From Salinivirgaceae bacterium (GTDB taxonomy: Bacteria; Bacteroidota; Bacteroidia; Bacteroidales; SZUA-534): 64,000 nucleotides of DNA. Numbering within the stretch: the first letter of the stretch is position 1; the number at the start of each line of letters is the position of its first letter. Shown here piece by piece: positions 9,397 through 18,851 of the stretch. The notes under the pieces are model-generated. The model saw only the letters and a program-made list of their open reading frames with translations, was not told where the DNA came from and searched no databases. The translations under genes and the position numbers were made by a program. The stretch spans positions 4,664 to 68,663 of the forward strand of contig JAFYYJ010000049.1 in NCBI GenBank assembly GCA_017557605.1. The letters are read 5' to 3'.

Positions 9397-11088
9397 TCAA
9401 ACTTCCTTTATTTTATACACCACTCCGCTCATTGGCGGCATTTGCACGAACAAACCTGTTTCGTCGATGCTTTGTGCCGATTGCCGAATACTCAGGCTAC
9501 CGCCAAAAACAGCGGTAACCGAAACTTCGCCCATAGTGTTGAAGCCCATTGTCTGCCAGGCATGATTCGGAATATGAATATTGAAATCGCGGTCACTGCA
9601 AGCATCAAAATTGACAACAACAAGCATCGCTTCGCCCTCAACATGACGCAGATAAGCGTAAATCTTTGAACTGTCGACATTGCTGTTGGCCCACATCAAA
9701 TCGTAGAAGGCGCCGTCGGTAAAGCATTTTTCGGCTGTCGCCATTCGCAAAATTGAGACATATGTATCGCGCAGCCGGCGCTCACTGTCACTAAGCAAGG
9801 CGCTATCGGCCTTTCCGCCGTTATACCAGCGTTGAAAAGCCGGAACGTTGTAATAATCGAAGATTGTGGTGCGTCCGTCGTCGCCGCTAAAGCCCGATTC
9901 TCCATTGGCCGGTTCGCCCACCTCCTGCCCGAAATAGAGCATCAGCGCACCTTGGTTGATTGTAGCTGTGACTAGCATTGCCGGAATGGCTTTTTCGGCG
10001 CAACCCGCAAAGAAACGCGAGGCGATACGCTGCTCATCGTGGTTCTCCAAAAAACGGAGCATCTTATTGTTGATACCTTCAAGATTTTTCCAAGTTTGGG
10101 TGATGTCATAGGCTGGCGCGCCCCAGCAAGTTATTCCTCGCAACGTGTCGTAAAGGCCAACCTTGTCGTAGAGATAATCAAATCCACCCGTAAAAATATA
10201 ATCGCGATACATATTCGGATTATATACCTCAGCAACAAACTGAATGTCAGGATATTGAGATTTAACTTTGGCTATCGCGAAATGCCAGAACTCAACCGGC
10301 ACCATTTCGGCCATGTCGCAACGGAAGGCATCGACGCCTTTCTGCGCCCAATAGAGTAGAATATCAACCATTTTCGGCCACAAGACGGGCATCGGAGCAA
10401 ACTGCTTATGCTGATTGTTCATGTAATCGACACCATAGTTGAGCTTCACCGTCTCGTACCAATCATTAATCGACGGCCAAGCCGAGAACTGGTCGTTGCC
10501 GGTGGCTTTAGCCGGATTTTCCTCGTAAGTTGTCTGCAAATCGATATTGGTGCCCGAGCCGAATGGCAGATGCAACGGCTCGCCGGTGTAGTAGAAATCG
10601 TTGAGCGGCGAGAAATGCCACTCCTGACAGTCGTTTAGCCCGAAATCGGCCTCTGGCTTGACATCGGAATGATACTGACGCGCCACATGGTTTGGTACAA
10701 AATCAATGATAAACTTCAGACCTGCGGCGTGTGTACGTTTCACTAAATCGGCAAATTCTTGCATACGGTTAGGCACCGAAACCGCCAAATCGGGGTCGAT
10801 GTCATAATAATCGGTTATGGCATAGGGCGAACCGGCGCGGCCCTTGACTATGCGCGGATTGCCGCCAGGTATGCCGAATTTGTCGTCGGCTGTGCAACGG
10901 GCGTGCTCAATAAGCCCCGTGTACCAGATGTGGGTAAATCCCATTGACTTTATCTGCTTGAGAATGTGTGGAGTAAAATCGTTCATCTTCCCCACCCCGT
11001 TCTCCTCGCGCGAGCCGTTCAAAACCGGATTAGTGTTCTTGTTTCCGAACAATCGCGGCAAAACCTGATATATTGATATTAGTGACAT
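9397..11088 (-). CDS. GH13 alpha-amylase-family glycosidase, cytoplasmic (no signal peptide)
   Basis: 563 aa with the GH13 conserved regions FIIDFVPNHVA, GVDAFRCDMAEMVP, FVAEVYN and FLENHDEQR. Confidence 0.85.
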   Translation of the reverse strand: MSLISIYQVLPRLFGNKNTNPVLNGSREENGVGKMNDFTPHILKQIKSMGFTHIWYTGLIEHARCTADDKFGIPGGNPRIVKGRAGSPYAITDYYDIDPDLAVSVPNRMQEFADLVKRTHAAGLKFIIDFVPNHVARQYHSDVKPEADFGLNDCQEWHFSPLNDFYYTGEPLHLPFGSGTNIDLQTTYEENPAKATGNDQFSAWPSINDWYETVKLNYGVDYMNNQHKQFAPMPVLWPKMVDILLYWAQKGVDAFRCDMAEMVPVEFWHFAIAKVKSQYPDIQFVAEVYNPNMYRDYIFTGGFDYLYDKVGLYDTLRGITCWGAPAYDITQTWKNLEGINNKMLRFLENHDEQRIASRFFAGCAEKAIPAMLVTATINQGALMLYFGQEVGEPANGESGFSGDDGRTTIFDYYNVPAFQRWYNGGKADSALLSDSERRLRDTYVSILRMATAEKCFTDGAFYDLMWANSNVDSSKIYAYLRHVEGEAMLVVVNFDACSDRDFNIHIPNHAWQTMGFNTMGEVSVTAVFGGSLSIRQSAQSIDETGLFVQMPPMSGVVYKIKEV

Positions 11089-11112
11089 AGCTGAAGTTAT
11101 AAGTTACATTCC

Positions 11113-13149
11113 TTACTTTCTTCCCAGCAACCGCTGATAAACATTTGGTATGAACTGCCGTTGTAAGACGATTGCCGAACGCGCTGGTATATAGAGCTTT
11201 ATAGTCGATTTATCGTCAACGCTGGCAACCGAAGTCGGATACGACATAGCCTCATCGATGCGGCCGAAACCGCCAAACTGCAGCTCATCAGTGCTGAGCA
11301 ATATCTTGTATTTGCCCTCAACCACAGGTATCTCGAAATCGGTGTAGCTGCGTGTCGGATGAAAATTGAAGACAAACAGCAAATCACCGCGTGAGAACGA
11401 CAGAACCATATTCTCCTGGCTTACCAGCTGCGCGTAGAACGGGAAAATCTTGAGCAAATGACGCTCGCGAAGAAGATGCACAATAGCAACATCGAAAGCA
11501 TCCAAATATTTGTATTTCAAGTCATCGCGGTCAGCAAGACTCCATTGGCGCATTGCATATTTGTACGACCAATTGTTGCCCTCGCGCGGGAAGTCAATCC
11601 ATTCAGGATGCCCGAACTCGTTACCCATAAAATTCAGATAGCCGCCGCCGGCAGTAGCCATTGTCAGCAATCTTATCATCTTATGCAAGGCGATGCCGCG
11701 ATCAATCTGAAGGTTCTGCGTCGTGACAAGCATGCTGAAATACATCTCCTTGTCCATCAGCCAGAAAGCAATGGTCTTATCGCCCACAAGTGCCTGGTCG
11801 TGCGACTCGGCATACGAGATTGTCCGCTCGTCGGCACGTTTCGAGGTCAGTTCGTGGTAGATGTGTCCCAAATCCCATGACTCATCGTTCGGACTCTCTT
11901 TCAGCACTTTAATCCACATATCGGGAATTCCCATCGCCAGACGGTAGTCAAAACCTACACCGCCGTCGGCCAATGGCATCGCCAAACCTGGATAACCGCT
12001 CATCTCCTCAGCAATCGATATTGATTCTGGGTTAACCTGTTTTATCAACTTGTTGGCAAGCATAAGATAGACAATGGCGTCCTCGTCTTGCGTGCCGTTG
12101 AAATAAAGCTCATACGATGTAAAATCCTCACCCAAGCCATGGTTCAGATAAATCATGCTGGTAACACCGTCGAAGCGGAAACCGTCGAAATGGAACTCCT
12201 CAAGCCAGTATTTTATATTCGACAACAGGAAATGGATAACCTCGTCTTTCCCATAGTTGAAACAGTACGAATCCCACGCCGGATGCACGCCGCGGTCCCC
12301 GCTGTGGAAGAACTGATAGCGCGTTCCGTCGTAAAGGCCAAGACCTTCGTTTTCGTTCTTAACCGCATGAGAATGGACCAAATCCATAACCACACGGATA
12401 CCATTCTGATGACATTCGTCGATAAGGGCCTTGAGGTCGTCTGGCGTGCCAAACCGCGACGAAACAGCAAAGAAACTCGAAACGTGATATCCGAACGAGC
12501 CATAGTATGGATGCTCCTGAATGGCCATCATCTGAATGGTGTTGTAGCCAAGTTTTATGACGCGCGGCAGCACATTGCGGCGAAAATCGTTGAATGTGCT
12601 TACGGCCTCCTTCTCGCCTGCCATGCCCACATGAACCTCGTAGATGAATGGCTCGTCGGCTTTCGGACGTTCAGTGCATTTCCACTCATAAGGCTGCGGT
12701 GGACACCACACCTGCGCGCTGAAGATATTGGTTTTCGAATCCTGAACCACCCTTCGCGACCAAGCCGGAATGCGCTCACCCTCGCCACCGTTCCAGTAAA
12801 CCTTCAGACGGAAAATAGAGCCATGCCCGAACTGCGCTGCCGGCAGTTTCAATTCCCAGTTGCCACCATCGAGCGGTTTAAAATCGAAATCGGCACTCTC
12901 CTGCCAACCGTTTATGTCGCCAATAAGCGTAACCCGCATCGCATTGGGCAGCCATTCGCGGATAGTTGTTGTTTGTCCGTCGCAAAAAGTACCGTAATAC
13001 ATATAACCGTTGGCAAAATCGTAAAGCGACTGCTTGCCGCCACCCGTCAAGTGGGCCTCAACATCGGCGCAGTGCTGCATTCTGTCTGTAATTACTTGTC
13101 GGTAAGGATTCAACCAAGGGTCGTCCTTAACAATTTTTGGCACTTTCAT
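11113..13149 (-). CDS. glgB: 1,4-alpha-glucan branching enzyme (GH13, eukaryote-like subfamily)
   Basis: 678 aa with motifs VVMDLVHSHA, GFRFDGVTSM, IAEEMSGYPG and YAESHDQALVGDK. It lies 24 nt upstream of the GH13 gene. Confidence 0.9.
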   Translation of the reverse strand: MKVPKIVKDDPWLNPYRQVITDRMQHCADVEAHLTGGGKQSLYDFANGYMYYGTFCDGQTTTIREWLPNAMRVTLIGDINGWQESADFDFKPLDGGNWELKLPAAQFGHGSIFRLKVYWNGGEGERIPAWSRRVVQDSKTNIFSAQVWCPPQPYEWKCTERPKADEPFIYEVHVGMAGEKEAVSTFNDFRRNVLPRVIKLGYNTIQMMAIQEHPYYGSFGYHVSSFFAVSSRFGTPDDLKALIDECHQNGIRVVMDLVHSHAVKNENEGLGLYDGTRYQFFHSGDRGVHPAWDSYCFNYGKDEVIHFLLSNIKYWLEEFHFDGFRFDGVTSMIYLNHGLGEDFTSYELYFNGTQDEDAIVYLMLANKLIKQVNPESISIAEEMSGYPGLAMPLADGGVGFDYRLAMGIPDMWIKVLKESPNDESWDLGHIYHELTSKRADERTISYAESHDQALVGDKTIAFWLMDKEMYFSMLVTTQNLQIDRGIALHKMIRLLTMATAGGGYLNFMGNEFGHPEWIDFPREGNNWSYKYAMRQWSLADRDDLKYKYLDAFDVAIVHLLRERHLLKIFPFYAQLVSQENMVLSFSRGDLLFVFNFHPTRSYTDFEIPVVEGKYKILLSTDELQFGGFGRIDEAMSYPTSVASVDDKSTIKLYIPARSAIVLQRQFIPNVYQRLLGRK

Positions 13150-13306
13150 ATCTTCAAAATTTTACTAAATCTACAAAAAAAAGCAAGACACAAGCGGAAA
13201 AGTTCCGTTTTTCTGCATTTATCGGAATATTATCAAATAAAATCTCTTTTTTTTGAAGTTTCTACCTAAGTTTCTTTATTTTTAGGAGATGTAAAAACAC
13301 GTGTTT

Positions 13307-14521
13307 ATGCAAGATGATATTCAGAAATCGATTATGCTGCTCCGCCAAGTTGAATTGTTCCGCGATTTCGACGAGGATGCGCTAACGGCATTGGCAAGCA
13401 ACATGAAAGAGGTTCATTATAAGAAAGATGAGCTATTGTTTGTCAAAGGGTCACCGGGCAAGTCGATGTACATAATTGTCGACGGAAGCGTGAAAATCCA
13501 CAATAATGAACACACCTTCGCCGTACTCAACAGTCATCAGTATTTCGGCGAATACGCGCTCATCGACGAGTCGCCGCGCTCAACCAGCGTGACAACCCTG
13601 CACGGCTCTACATTCCTAATTCTGACACGTGAAAGGTTCAGCCAAGTGGTGGCGCAACGCCCCGACTTGTGGGAGAAAATGATGATTTCGCTGCTGGGCC
13701 GCCTGCGCAACTTCAACAATCGCGAGGAGGCTATGACTCAGAAGGCCAACGAGATACAAAAAGAACAGGAGAAGCTTGTTGTTGAAAAACGCAATCTGGA
13801 GAAACAGAAAAACGAACTAGAACAGAAAAACGCCGCCAAAGACAAGTTCTTCACAATTATCTCGCATGACCTGAAGAACCCATTCTCGGCTATCATCAAC
13901 ATTACCGACTTGATGCTGAGCGGGATATACCAATCGAATCCGCACAAAGACCATGAGTACATCAAACAGATAAACTTCTACTCACACAAGATTTTCGGTT
14001 TGCTCGAGAACCTGCTGCAATGGGCGCGCTCGCAGACCGGACAAATAAAAATCAACTTCAAGAGCGTCAACCTTAACAGCGTCATAAACAGCGTTGTAGA
14101 GCAACAGGCAGGCGTCATCAAAGAGAAAAACATAAACATCGACATTGAAGCCGACCCCTATCTCGACATCTACGCCGACCAAGATATGACCACGTTTGTG
14201 ATTCGCAACATTGTGTCGAACGCACTGAAATTCAGTCCGCGAAACAGCTCTATCAGCATCAAGGCGCGCGAGATTGAAGACGATATGGTGGAGGTCAGCA
14301 TTGCCGACCAAGGCCCCGGAATGGACGAGGAACAGCTGGCCAAAGTGTTCCGCATCGACAGCCGAAGCCTGAGCCACAACGAAAACAACGAGTTGGAAGG
14401 CACCGGACTCGGGCTGATTCTCTGCAAGGAGTTTGTCGAGAAAAACAACGGAAAAATCTGGGCCACAAGCACTAAAGACAGCGGAAGCACGTTCTTGTTT
14501 ACGATGCCTAAGGCGATGTAA
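13307..14521 (+). CDS. soluble cyclic-nucleotide-binding-domain histidine kinase
   Basis: It has a CAP_ED-like N-domain (..GSPGKSMYIIVDGSVKI...FGEYALIDESPRSTSV), a coiled coil, an H-box (FFTIISHDLKNPFSAI) and HATPase G-boxes (DQGPGMD, GTGLGLILC). There is no TM segment. ATG 13307 is preferred over the GTG at 13301. Confidence 0.85.
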   Translation: MQDDIQKSIMLLRQVELFRDFDEDALTALASNMKEVHYKKDELLFVKGSPGKSMYIIVDGSVKIHNNEHTFAVLNSHQYFGEYALIDESPRSTSVTTLHGSTFLILTRERFSQVVAQRPDLWEKMMISLLGRLRNFNNREEAMTQKANEIQKEQEKLVVEKRNLEKQKNELEQKNAAKDKFFTIISHDLKNPFSAIINITDLMLSGIYQSNPHKDHEYIKQINFYSHKIFGLLENLLQWARSQTGQIKINFKSVNLNSVINSVVEQQAGVIKEKNINIDIEADPYLDIYADQDMTTFVIRNIVSNALKFSPRNSSISIKAREIEDDMVEVSIADQGPGMDEEQLAKVFRIDSRSLSHNENNELEGTGLGLILCKEFVEKNNGKIWATSTKDSGSTFLFTMPKAM

Positions 14522-14576
14522 ATGATGTTATAAGTATTTAAGTTTTAAGTTTTGAGTCAACTTGTTCAACTTATTT

Positions 14577-14584
14577 TATATTTG
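14577..14584 (+). promoter_or_regulatory. candidate -7 promoter element (TAnnTTTG)
   Basis: TATATTTG lies 25 nt upstream of the ATG at 14609. Confidence 0.35.
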
Positions 14585-14608
14585 CACACATAAAAAACAC
14601 GATAAAAC

Positions 14609-16048
14609 ATGGCAAATTTCAGTTTCGCACTGCGTTTAGCATTTGGCCTGCTGCCAAAAACAGAAAAAATAGAAAACGACCGCAAACAGCTTATCGATGA
14701 ATACAATAGGTTGGAGGAATTTAAGAAATCAGACACGCTGAAAACCTTCAACAAGTTGCAGGAATACGTCGATTCGGCTGAATTCAAGAAGATAAAAAGC
14801 GATGTTACCTCGCTCAAATACGCTGATTCTGAATATTACAAAAAGGAACAGCAATACATTGCGCTTGAGAAGGACAAACGCGTGAAAAACTATTTCAGCG
14901 TAAGCCAGTCGGCTGATTTAAAACGATTTGAATCTGCCGCTAACTCCGACGCTCTGAAACGCATGAAGGAATTGGCAGAGACCGTAAACAGCGCCGATTT
15001 CCAACAGGCAAAATCCGATAAATCGAATCCGGAGAAAATGGCCGAATGCAAGAGCCTGCAGCAAGAATACAAATCGCTGACAAAAAATTCGGAAATAAAA
15101 TTCTGGACAAAATACCAGAAAAAATCGGCCTACAAAATGTATGTCGAAACCAGCAACTCATCGTTGATTGCTGATTACGAAGAACTTAAAGCATACGTCA
15201 ACTCTGAAGAGTTCAAAAGCCAGAAAGCCTATCTTCTTGACAAAGACCGCTTTAGCAAGACTGATGAGGCTAAACGCGAGCAGCAGTTCATCGAGATGCA
15301 GAATTCGGAAGAGATAAAATGGTATCAAGCCACCGTCAACTCGAACAAATTCGACGAATTGAAGGCCTGGAAACTGACTTTTGAGGACAATTTTGACGAG
15401 ACAAAAGTTGACGAGCAGAAGTGGATGAACTCATTCTTCTGGGGCAAGATGATGCTGAACGACCGCTACGTGCTGGCTGGCGACAAGCAGTATTACACTG
15501 ACAACAAGAACGTTGACATTAAAAATTCGGTTTTGAGCATCGTTACCAAAAAAGAGAAAGCCACAGGCAAGGTATGGGACGCAAAACACGGCTTCTTCAC
15601 ACAAGATTTTGACTACACTTCGGGCTTGCTGAGCACCGCTAACAGCTTCCGCCAGCAATACGGCCGCTTCGAAGCCAAAATAAAAATAAACGCCGAAGCA
15701 CCTGTTTATCAAGCTTTCTGGCTGAAAGGCGAAAACAAGGAACCTGAGATTGACATTTTCAAATACAACATCAAAAAAGGTCAGATGCAATTGTCAGCCT
15801 ACAATAAGGGTGCCGCCGCAGGCAACAAATTCGGCGGTTCGGGTTTGGCTAAAGACTTCTTCATCTATACCGTCGATTGGTCGTCTGACAAAATCAGCTG
15901 GAAAATAAATGGTTACGAGGTTGCTTCAGCAACAAACAACATCAACGAACCATTATTCATAATGCTTTCGGCCGGTTTGAACAAAGACGCAGACAATCTA
16001 CCTGCAGCAATGCAAGTTGATTGGGTTCGCTGCTACGAAAAAGCATAA
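14609..16048 (+). CDS. GH16-fold (concanavalin-like glucanase) domain protein with an N-terminal helical repeat region, probably non-catalytic
   Basis: 479 aa. The C-terminal 230 aa has GH16 hallmarks (YTSGLLST..F...YGRFEAKIK, AFWL, FFIYTVDW..DKISWKING). The active-site strand reads EIDIFKY rather than ExDx(x)E. Confidence 0.65.
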   Translation: MANFSFALRLAFGLLPKTEKIENDRKQLIDEYNRLEEFKKSDTLKTFNKLQEYVDSAEFKKIKSDVTSLKYADSEYYKKEQQYIALEKDKRVKNYFSVSQSADLKRFESAANSDALKRMKELAETVNSADFQQAKSDKSNPEKMAECKSLQQEYKSLTKNSEIKFWTKYQKKSAYKMYVETSNSSLIADYEELKAYVNSEEFKSQKAYLLDKDRFSKTDEAKREQQFIEMQNSEEIKWYQATVNSNKFDELKAWKLTFEDNFDETKVDEQKWMNSFFWGKMMLNDRYVLAGDKQYYTDNKNVDIKNSVLSIVTKKEKATGKVWDAKHGFFTQDFDYTSGLLSTANSFRQQYGRFEAKIKINAEAPVYQAFWLKGENKEPEIDIFKYNIKKGQMQLSAYNKGAAAGNKFGGSGLAKDFFIYTVDWSSDKISWKINGYEVASATNNINEPLFIMLSAGLNKDADNLPAAMQVDWVRCYEKA

Positions 16049-16069
16049 AATCAAAAAGATACAAACAAA

Positions 16070-16097
16070 GAAGGCTGCCGTGTGCGGCCTTTTTTGT
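16070..16097 (+). terminator. rho-independent terminator
   Basis: Hairpin aaggctgc-cgtgt-gcggcctt followed by ttttttg, about 20 nt after the stop codon. Confidence 0.5.
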
Positions 16098-16171
16098 TAG
16101 ATTTAACTACGGAACACACGATTTTATTCAATCCCTAAATTAATCTATCAGTCAATTAATCAATTAATAAC

Positions 16172-17152
16172 ATGTATAGCAAGGAATCGTTGAGAATAGT
16201 TTTTATGGGTACGCCCGACTTTGCGGTTGAGAGTCTTAAAGCGCTTATTGACAACGGGTACAACGTGGTTGGCGTAGTCACCACGCCTGATAAGCCGGCT
16301 GGCCGCGGACAGAAGTTGAGCGAAAGTGCCGTGAAGCAATTCGCCGTGAGCAAAGGTCTGCCTATTCTGCAACCCGAAAAACTGAAAGACACAGATTTTC
16401 AAGACACTCTGCGCAGTTGGAAGGCTGATTTGCAAGTGATTGTGGCGTTCCGAATGCTGCCCGAAAGCGTGTGGAATATGCCTCCACTGGGCTCAATAAA
16501 TGTTCATGCATCGCTCCTGCCCAACTATCGCGGCGCTGCGCCCATAAACCGTGCCATTATGAACGGCGAGACGGAATCGGGCGTAACCACATTTCTGCTG
16601 AAACACGAGATTGACACGGGCGACATTCTGCAATTTGAGCGCACGCCCATATCACCCGACGACAATGCCGGAACTCTCCATGACCGACTGATGATGATTG
16701 GAGCGGGACTGCTTATCAAAACTGTTGAGCAGATTTGCGCTGGCAACACCAAAGGCACGCCACAGAGCGAACTAATGCCCTCTGATGGGATTCTGAAAAA
16801 CGCTCCAAAAATATTCAAAGACGACTGCCGGATTGATTGGAATACGCCAGCCGCCACCATTATAAACCAAATCCGCGGCCTAAGCCCCTATCCTGCCGCT
16901 TTCAGCAACCTGCAGAAAGACAACGAAGAACCACAACCAATGAAAATCTACAACGGCCAATTTGAGCAATGCATTCACAACCAACCGTTAGGAAAGGTTA
17001 GCACCGATGGCAAAAGTTACTTTAAAGTATACGTCAACGGCGGCACAATCGCACTTGGCGATGTGCAACTTGCTGGTAAGAAACGGATGCCTGTAGCCGA
17101 CTTCCTACGCGGATTTAAGACAGAAGGATGTGAATTGAAGTTTACAAATTAA
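16172..17152 (+). CDS. fmt: methionyl-tRNA formyltransferase
   Basis: 326 aa with motifs IVFMGTPDFAV, VVTTPDKPAGRGQKL and INVHASLLPNYRGAAPI. Confidence 0.93.
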   Translation: MYSKESLRIVFMGTPDFAVESLKALIDNGYNVVGVVTTPDKPAGRGQKLSESAVKQFAVSKGLPILQPEKLKDTDFQDTLRSWKADLQVIVAFRMLPESVWNMPPLGSINVHASLLPNYRGAAPINRAIMNGETESGVTTFLLKHEIDTGDILQFERTPISPDDNAGTLHDRLMMIGAGLLIKTVEQICAGNTKGTPQSELMPSDGILKNAPKIFKDDCRIDWNTPAATIINQIRGLSPYPAAFSNLQKDNEEPQPMKIYNGQFEQCIHNQPLGKVSTDGKSYFKVYVNGGTIALGDVQLAGKKRMPVADFLRGFKTEGCELKFTN

Positions 17153-17160
17153 ACTTCTCC

Positions 17161-18117
17161 CTATTTCTTCTTCGCCTTCTTCCGTAACTGGATTATATCA
17201 CCCTCGTTCGGCTGAGTACCCTCATCCATCAAGTTGAGTTTGTAAAGGGCCTTTAATCTGATAGCGTACTGCTGCGATATGTCGTGCATTGTCTCGCCTT
17301 TCTTCACGGTATGAGTCTTGTATTGCTTCTCGGCCTTCGATTGTTTACGGCTGATATACAAACGCTGACCTGTTTTAAGCTTGACAGATTTTGAATCAAT
17401 ATCGTTAAACATTCGTAACTGCCACGGTTCCATCTCGTAACGTGCGGCTACAGACTCAAGATTATCGCCAGGAAGCACCTCTACATAATCAACTCCGTTG
17501 TTGGTTTTGATGTTACCAAATGGCGAAACCTCCATATCGTTCACGTCAACCTCGACAAAGTTGTTAGTCTGTTCGGCTATTTCAGTTTGTTTTTCAGGTG
17601 TTGTCGAGGGTTGCACGGCCTTGTCGAATCGTTGTAAATTGTTTTGCTCAATAATTTGAATCAAACGGTCGGCATAAGTAGGACTTGTTGCGTAACCCGC
17701 TTGTTTCAAGCCTTTTGCCCAGCTTTTATAGTCGGTAGTGCCATATTTGAACAGAAACGCGTAACGCTGATGTGTGCAAAGAAACTCCGAATGGTCCACA
17801 AACGACTGATTCGCATCCTTATACGAACGGAAGCACTCGTTGGGGCGGTCATCATCGCGGTACATCGACTCGCCTTTCCAATCCTTGTGGCACTTGATAC
17901 CGAAGTGGTTGTTAGCCTTGCGGGCCAACGTGCTGTTGCCGTCACCCGACTCAAGAATACCCTGAGCCAGCGTTATGCTTGCCGGAATACCCACGCGCTG
18001 CATCTCGCGGACAGCTATCTTGTTGTATTTATCGATGTATTGCGCTCGCGTTTGCCTCTGTGCCACAGATAGTTGCGACAAAAACGCACAAAGCGTCAGT
18101 AATAGTATTTTTCTCAT
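17161..18117 (-). CDS. GH73 N-acetylglucosaminidase-domain protein with two C-terminal LysM domains
   Basis: 318 aa with a signal peptide. It has the glucosaminidase motif LAQGILESGDGNSTLARKANNHFGIKC and two LysM-like segments (YVEVLPGDNLESVAARY; HTVKKGETMHDISQQY). Confidence 0.85.
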   Translation of the reverse strand: MRKILLLTLCAFLSQLSVAQRQTRAQYIDKYNKIAVREMQRVGIPASITLAQGILESGDGNSTLARKANNHFGIKCHKDWKGESMYRDDDRPNECFRSYKDANQSFVDHSEFLCTHQRYAFLFKYGTTDYKSWAKGLKQAGYATSPTYADRLIQIIEQNNLQRFDKAVQPSTTPEKQTEIAEQTNNFVEVDVNDMEVSPFGNIKTNNGVDYVEVLPGDNLESVAARYEMEPWQLRMFNDIDSKSVKLKTGQRLYISRKQSKAEKQYKTHTVKKGETMHDISQQYAIRLKALYKLNLMDEGTQPNEGDIIQLRKKAKKK

Positions 18118-18161
18118 CAGTCGATTTCTTTCAATTGGTTAATTCAATGTTTATCTGTCAC

Positions 18162-18836
18162 TTAATCAGCCGCAAAACGTTTCATATCATCGAGTGCGCC
18201 CATAAGCACTATAATATCATTCTCACGGAAGATGTAATTGTCATCAGGCATAAGCGTTGTCTTAATCTGGTCACGCGAAAGCAATCCCTTCTTTTCCTGC
18301 GATTTAACAGCGATAACTTTCAGTTTGAAACGCGAGTTGAGGTTTGCCGTACCCAGCGTGTGTGTCAGGTATTTTTGCGGCACGCGGAACTCCACAATCA
18401 CATTATTAGCGTCTATCTCAGTGATTTTCAATGCATTTTTTATCTGCAACTGAAGACTTATAAGCACGGCTGTCTGCGACTCGGGATGAACGGTGTTTTC
18501 AATGCCAATCTGGTTTAGGATATTCTTGTGTATCGGGCTGATAATGCGGCCGATAATGTTTTTCACGCCAAGTTTTTTCAATATCGATAGCGACAGAATT
18601 GACGAGCCTATGTCCTCGCCAATGGCAACAATCACAGCGTCGGTATCGTTCAGAGGCAATGTCTTCAACGCATTCTCGTTGGTTGCCTCCATTTCCATAA
18701 CACTGGTAATCTGATTTTTAAGCTCATCAATGCGCTCATAACGGTTGTCAATACCAATTACTTCGTGTCCCTGTTCGGTCAAACGGGTGGCTAATGTTGC
18801 ACCAAAATAACCCAAACCGATAACTATAAATTTCAT
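18162..18836 (-). CDS. trkA: Trk potassium uptake system, NAD-binding subunit
   Basis: 224 aa with MKFIVIGLGYFGATLA Rossmann/TrkA_N and TrkA_C segments. It lies 15 nt after trkH. Confidence 0.85.
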   Translation of the reverse strand: MKFIVIGLGYFGATLATRLTEQGHEVIGIDNRYERIDELKNQITSVMEMEATNENALKTLPLNDTDAVIVAIGEDIGSSILSLSILKKLGVKNIIGRIISPIHKNILNQIGIENTVHPESQTAVLISLQLQIKNALKITEIDANNVIVEFRVPQKYLTHTLGTANLNSRFKLKVIAVKSQEKKGLLSRDQIKTTLMPDDNYIFRENDIIVLMGALDDMKRFAAD

Positions 18837-18851
18837 CGCTATATATTTTAA

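Noticed and set aside
12088-13269. 393-aa plus-strand ORF, the longest of many ORFs antisense to annotated genes (others include 5047..5673, 5962..6732, 46375..47175, 50618..51199 and 62066..62707).
   Set aside because: Each lies entirely antisense to a gene with clear family motifs (glgB, proS, porin, TPR and others). Their translations are low-information (Arg/Leu/Val-rich) with no motifs, which is typical of shadow ORFs.
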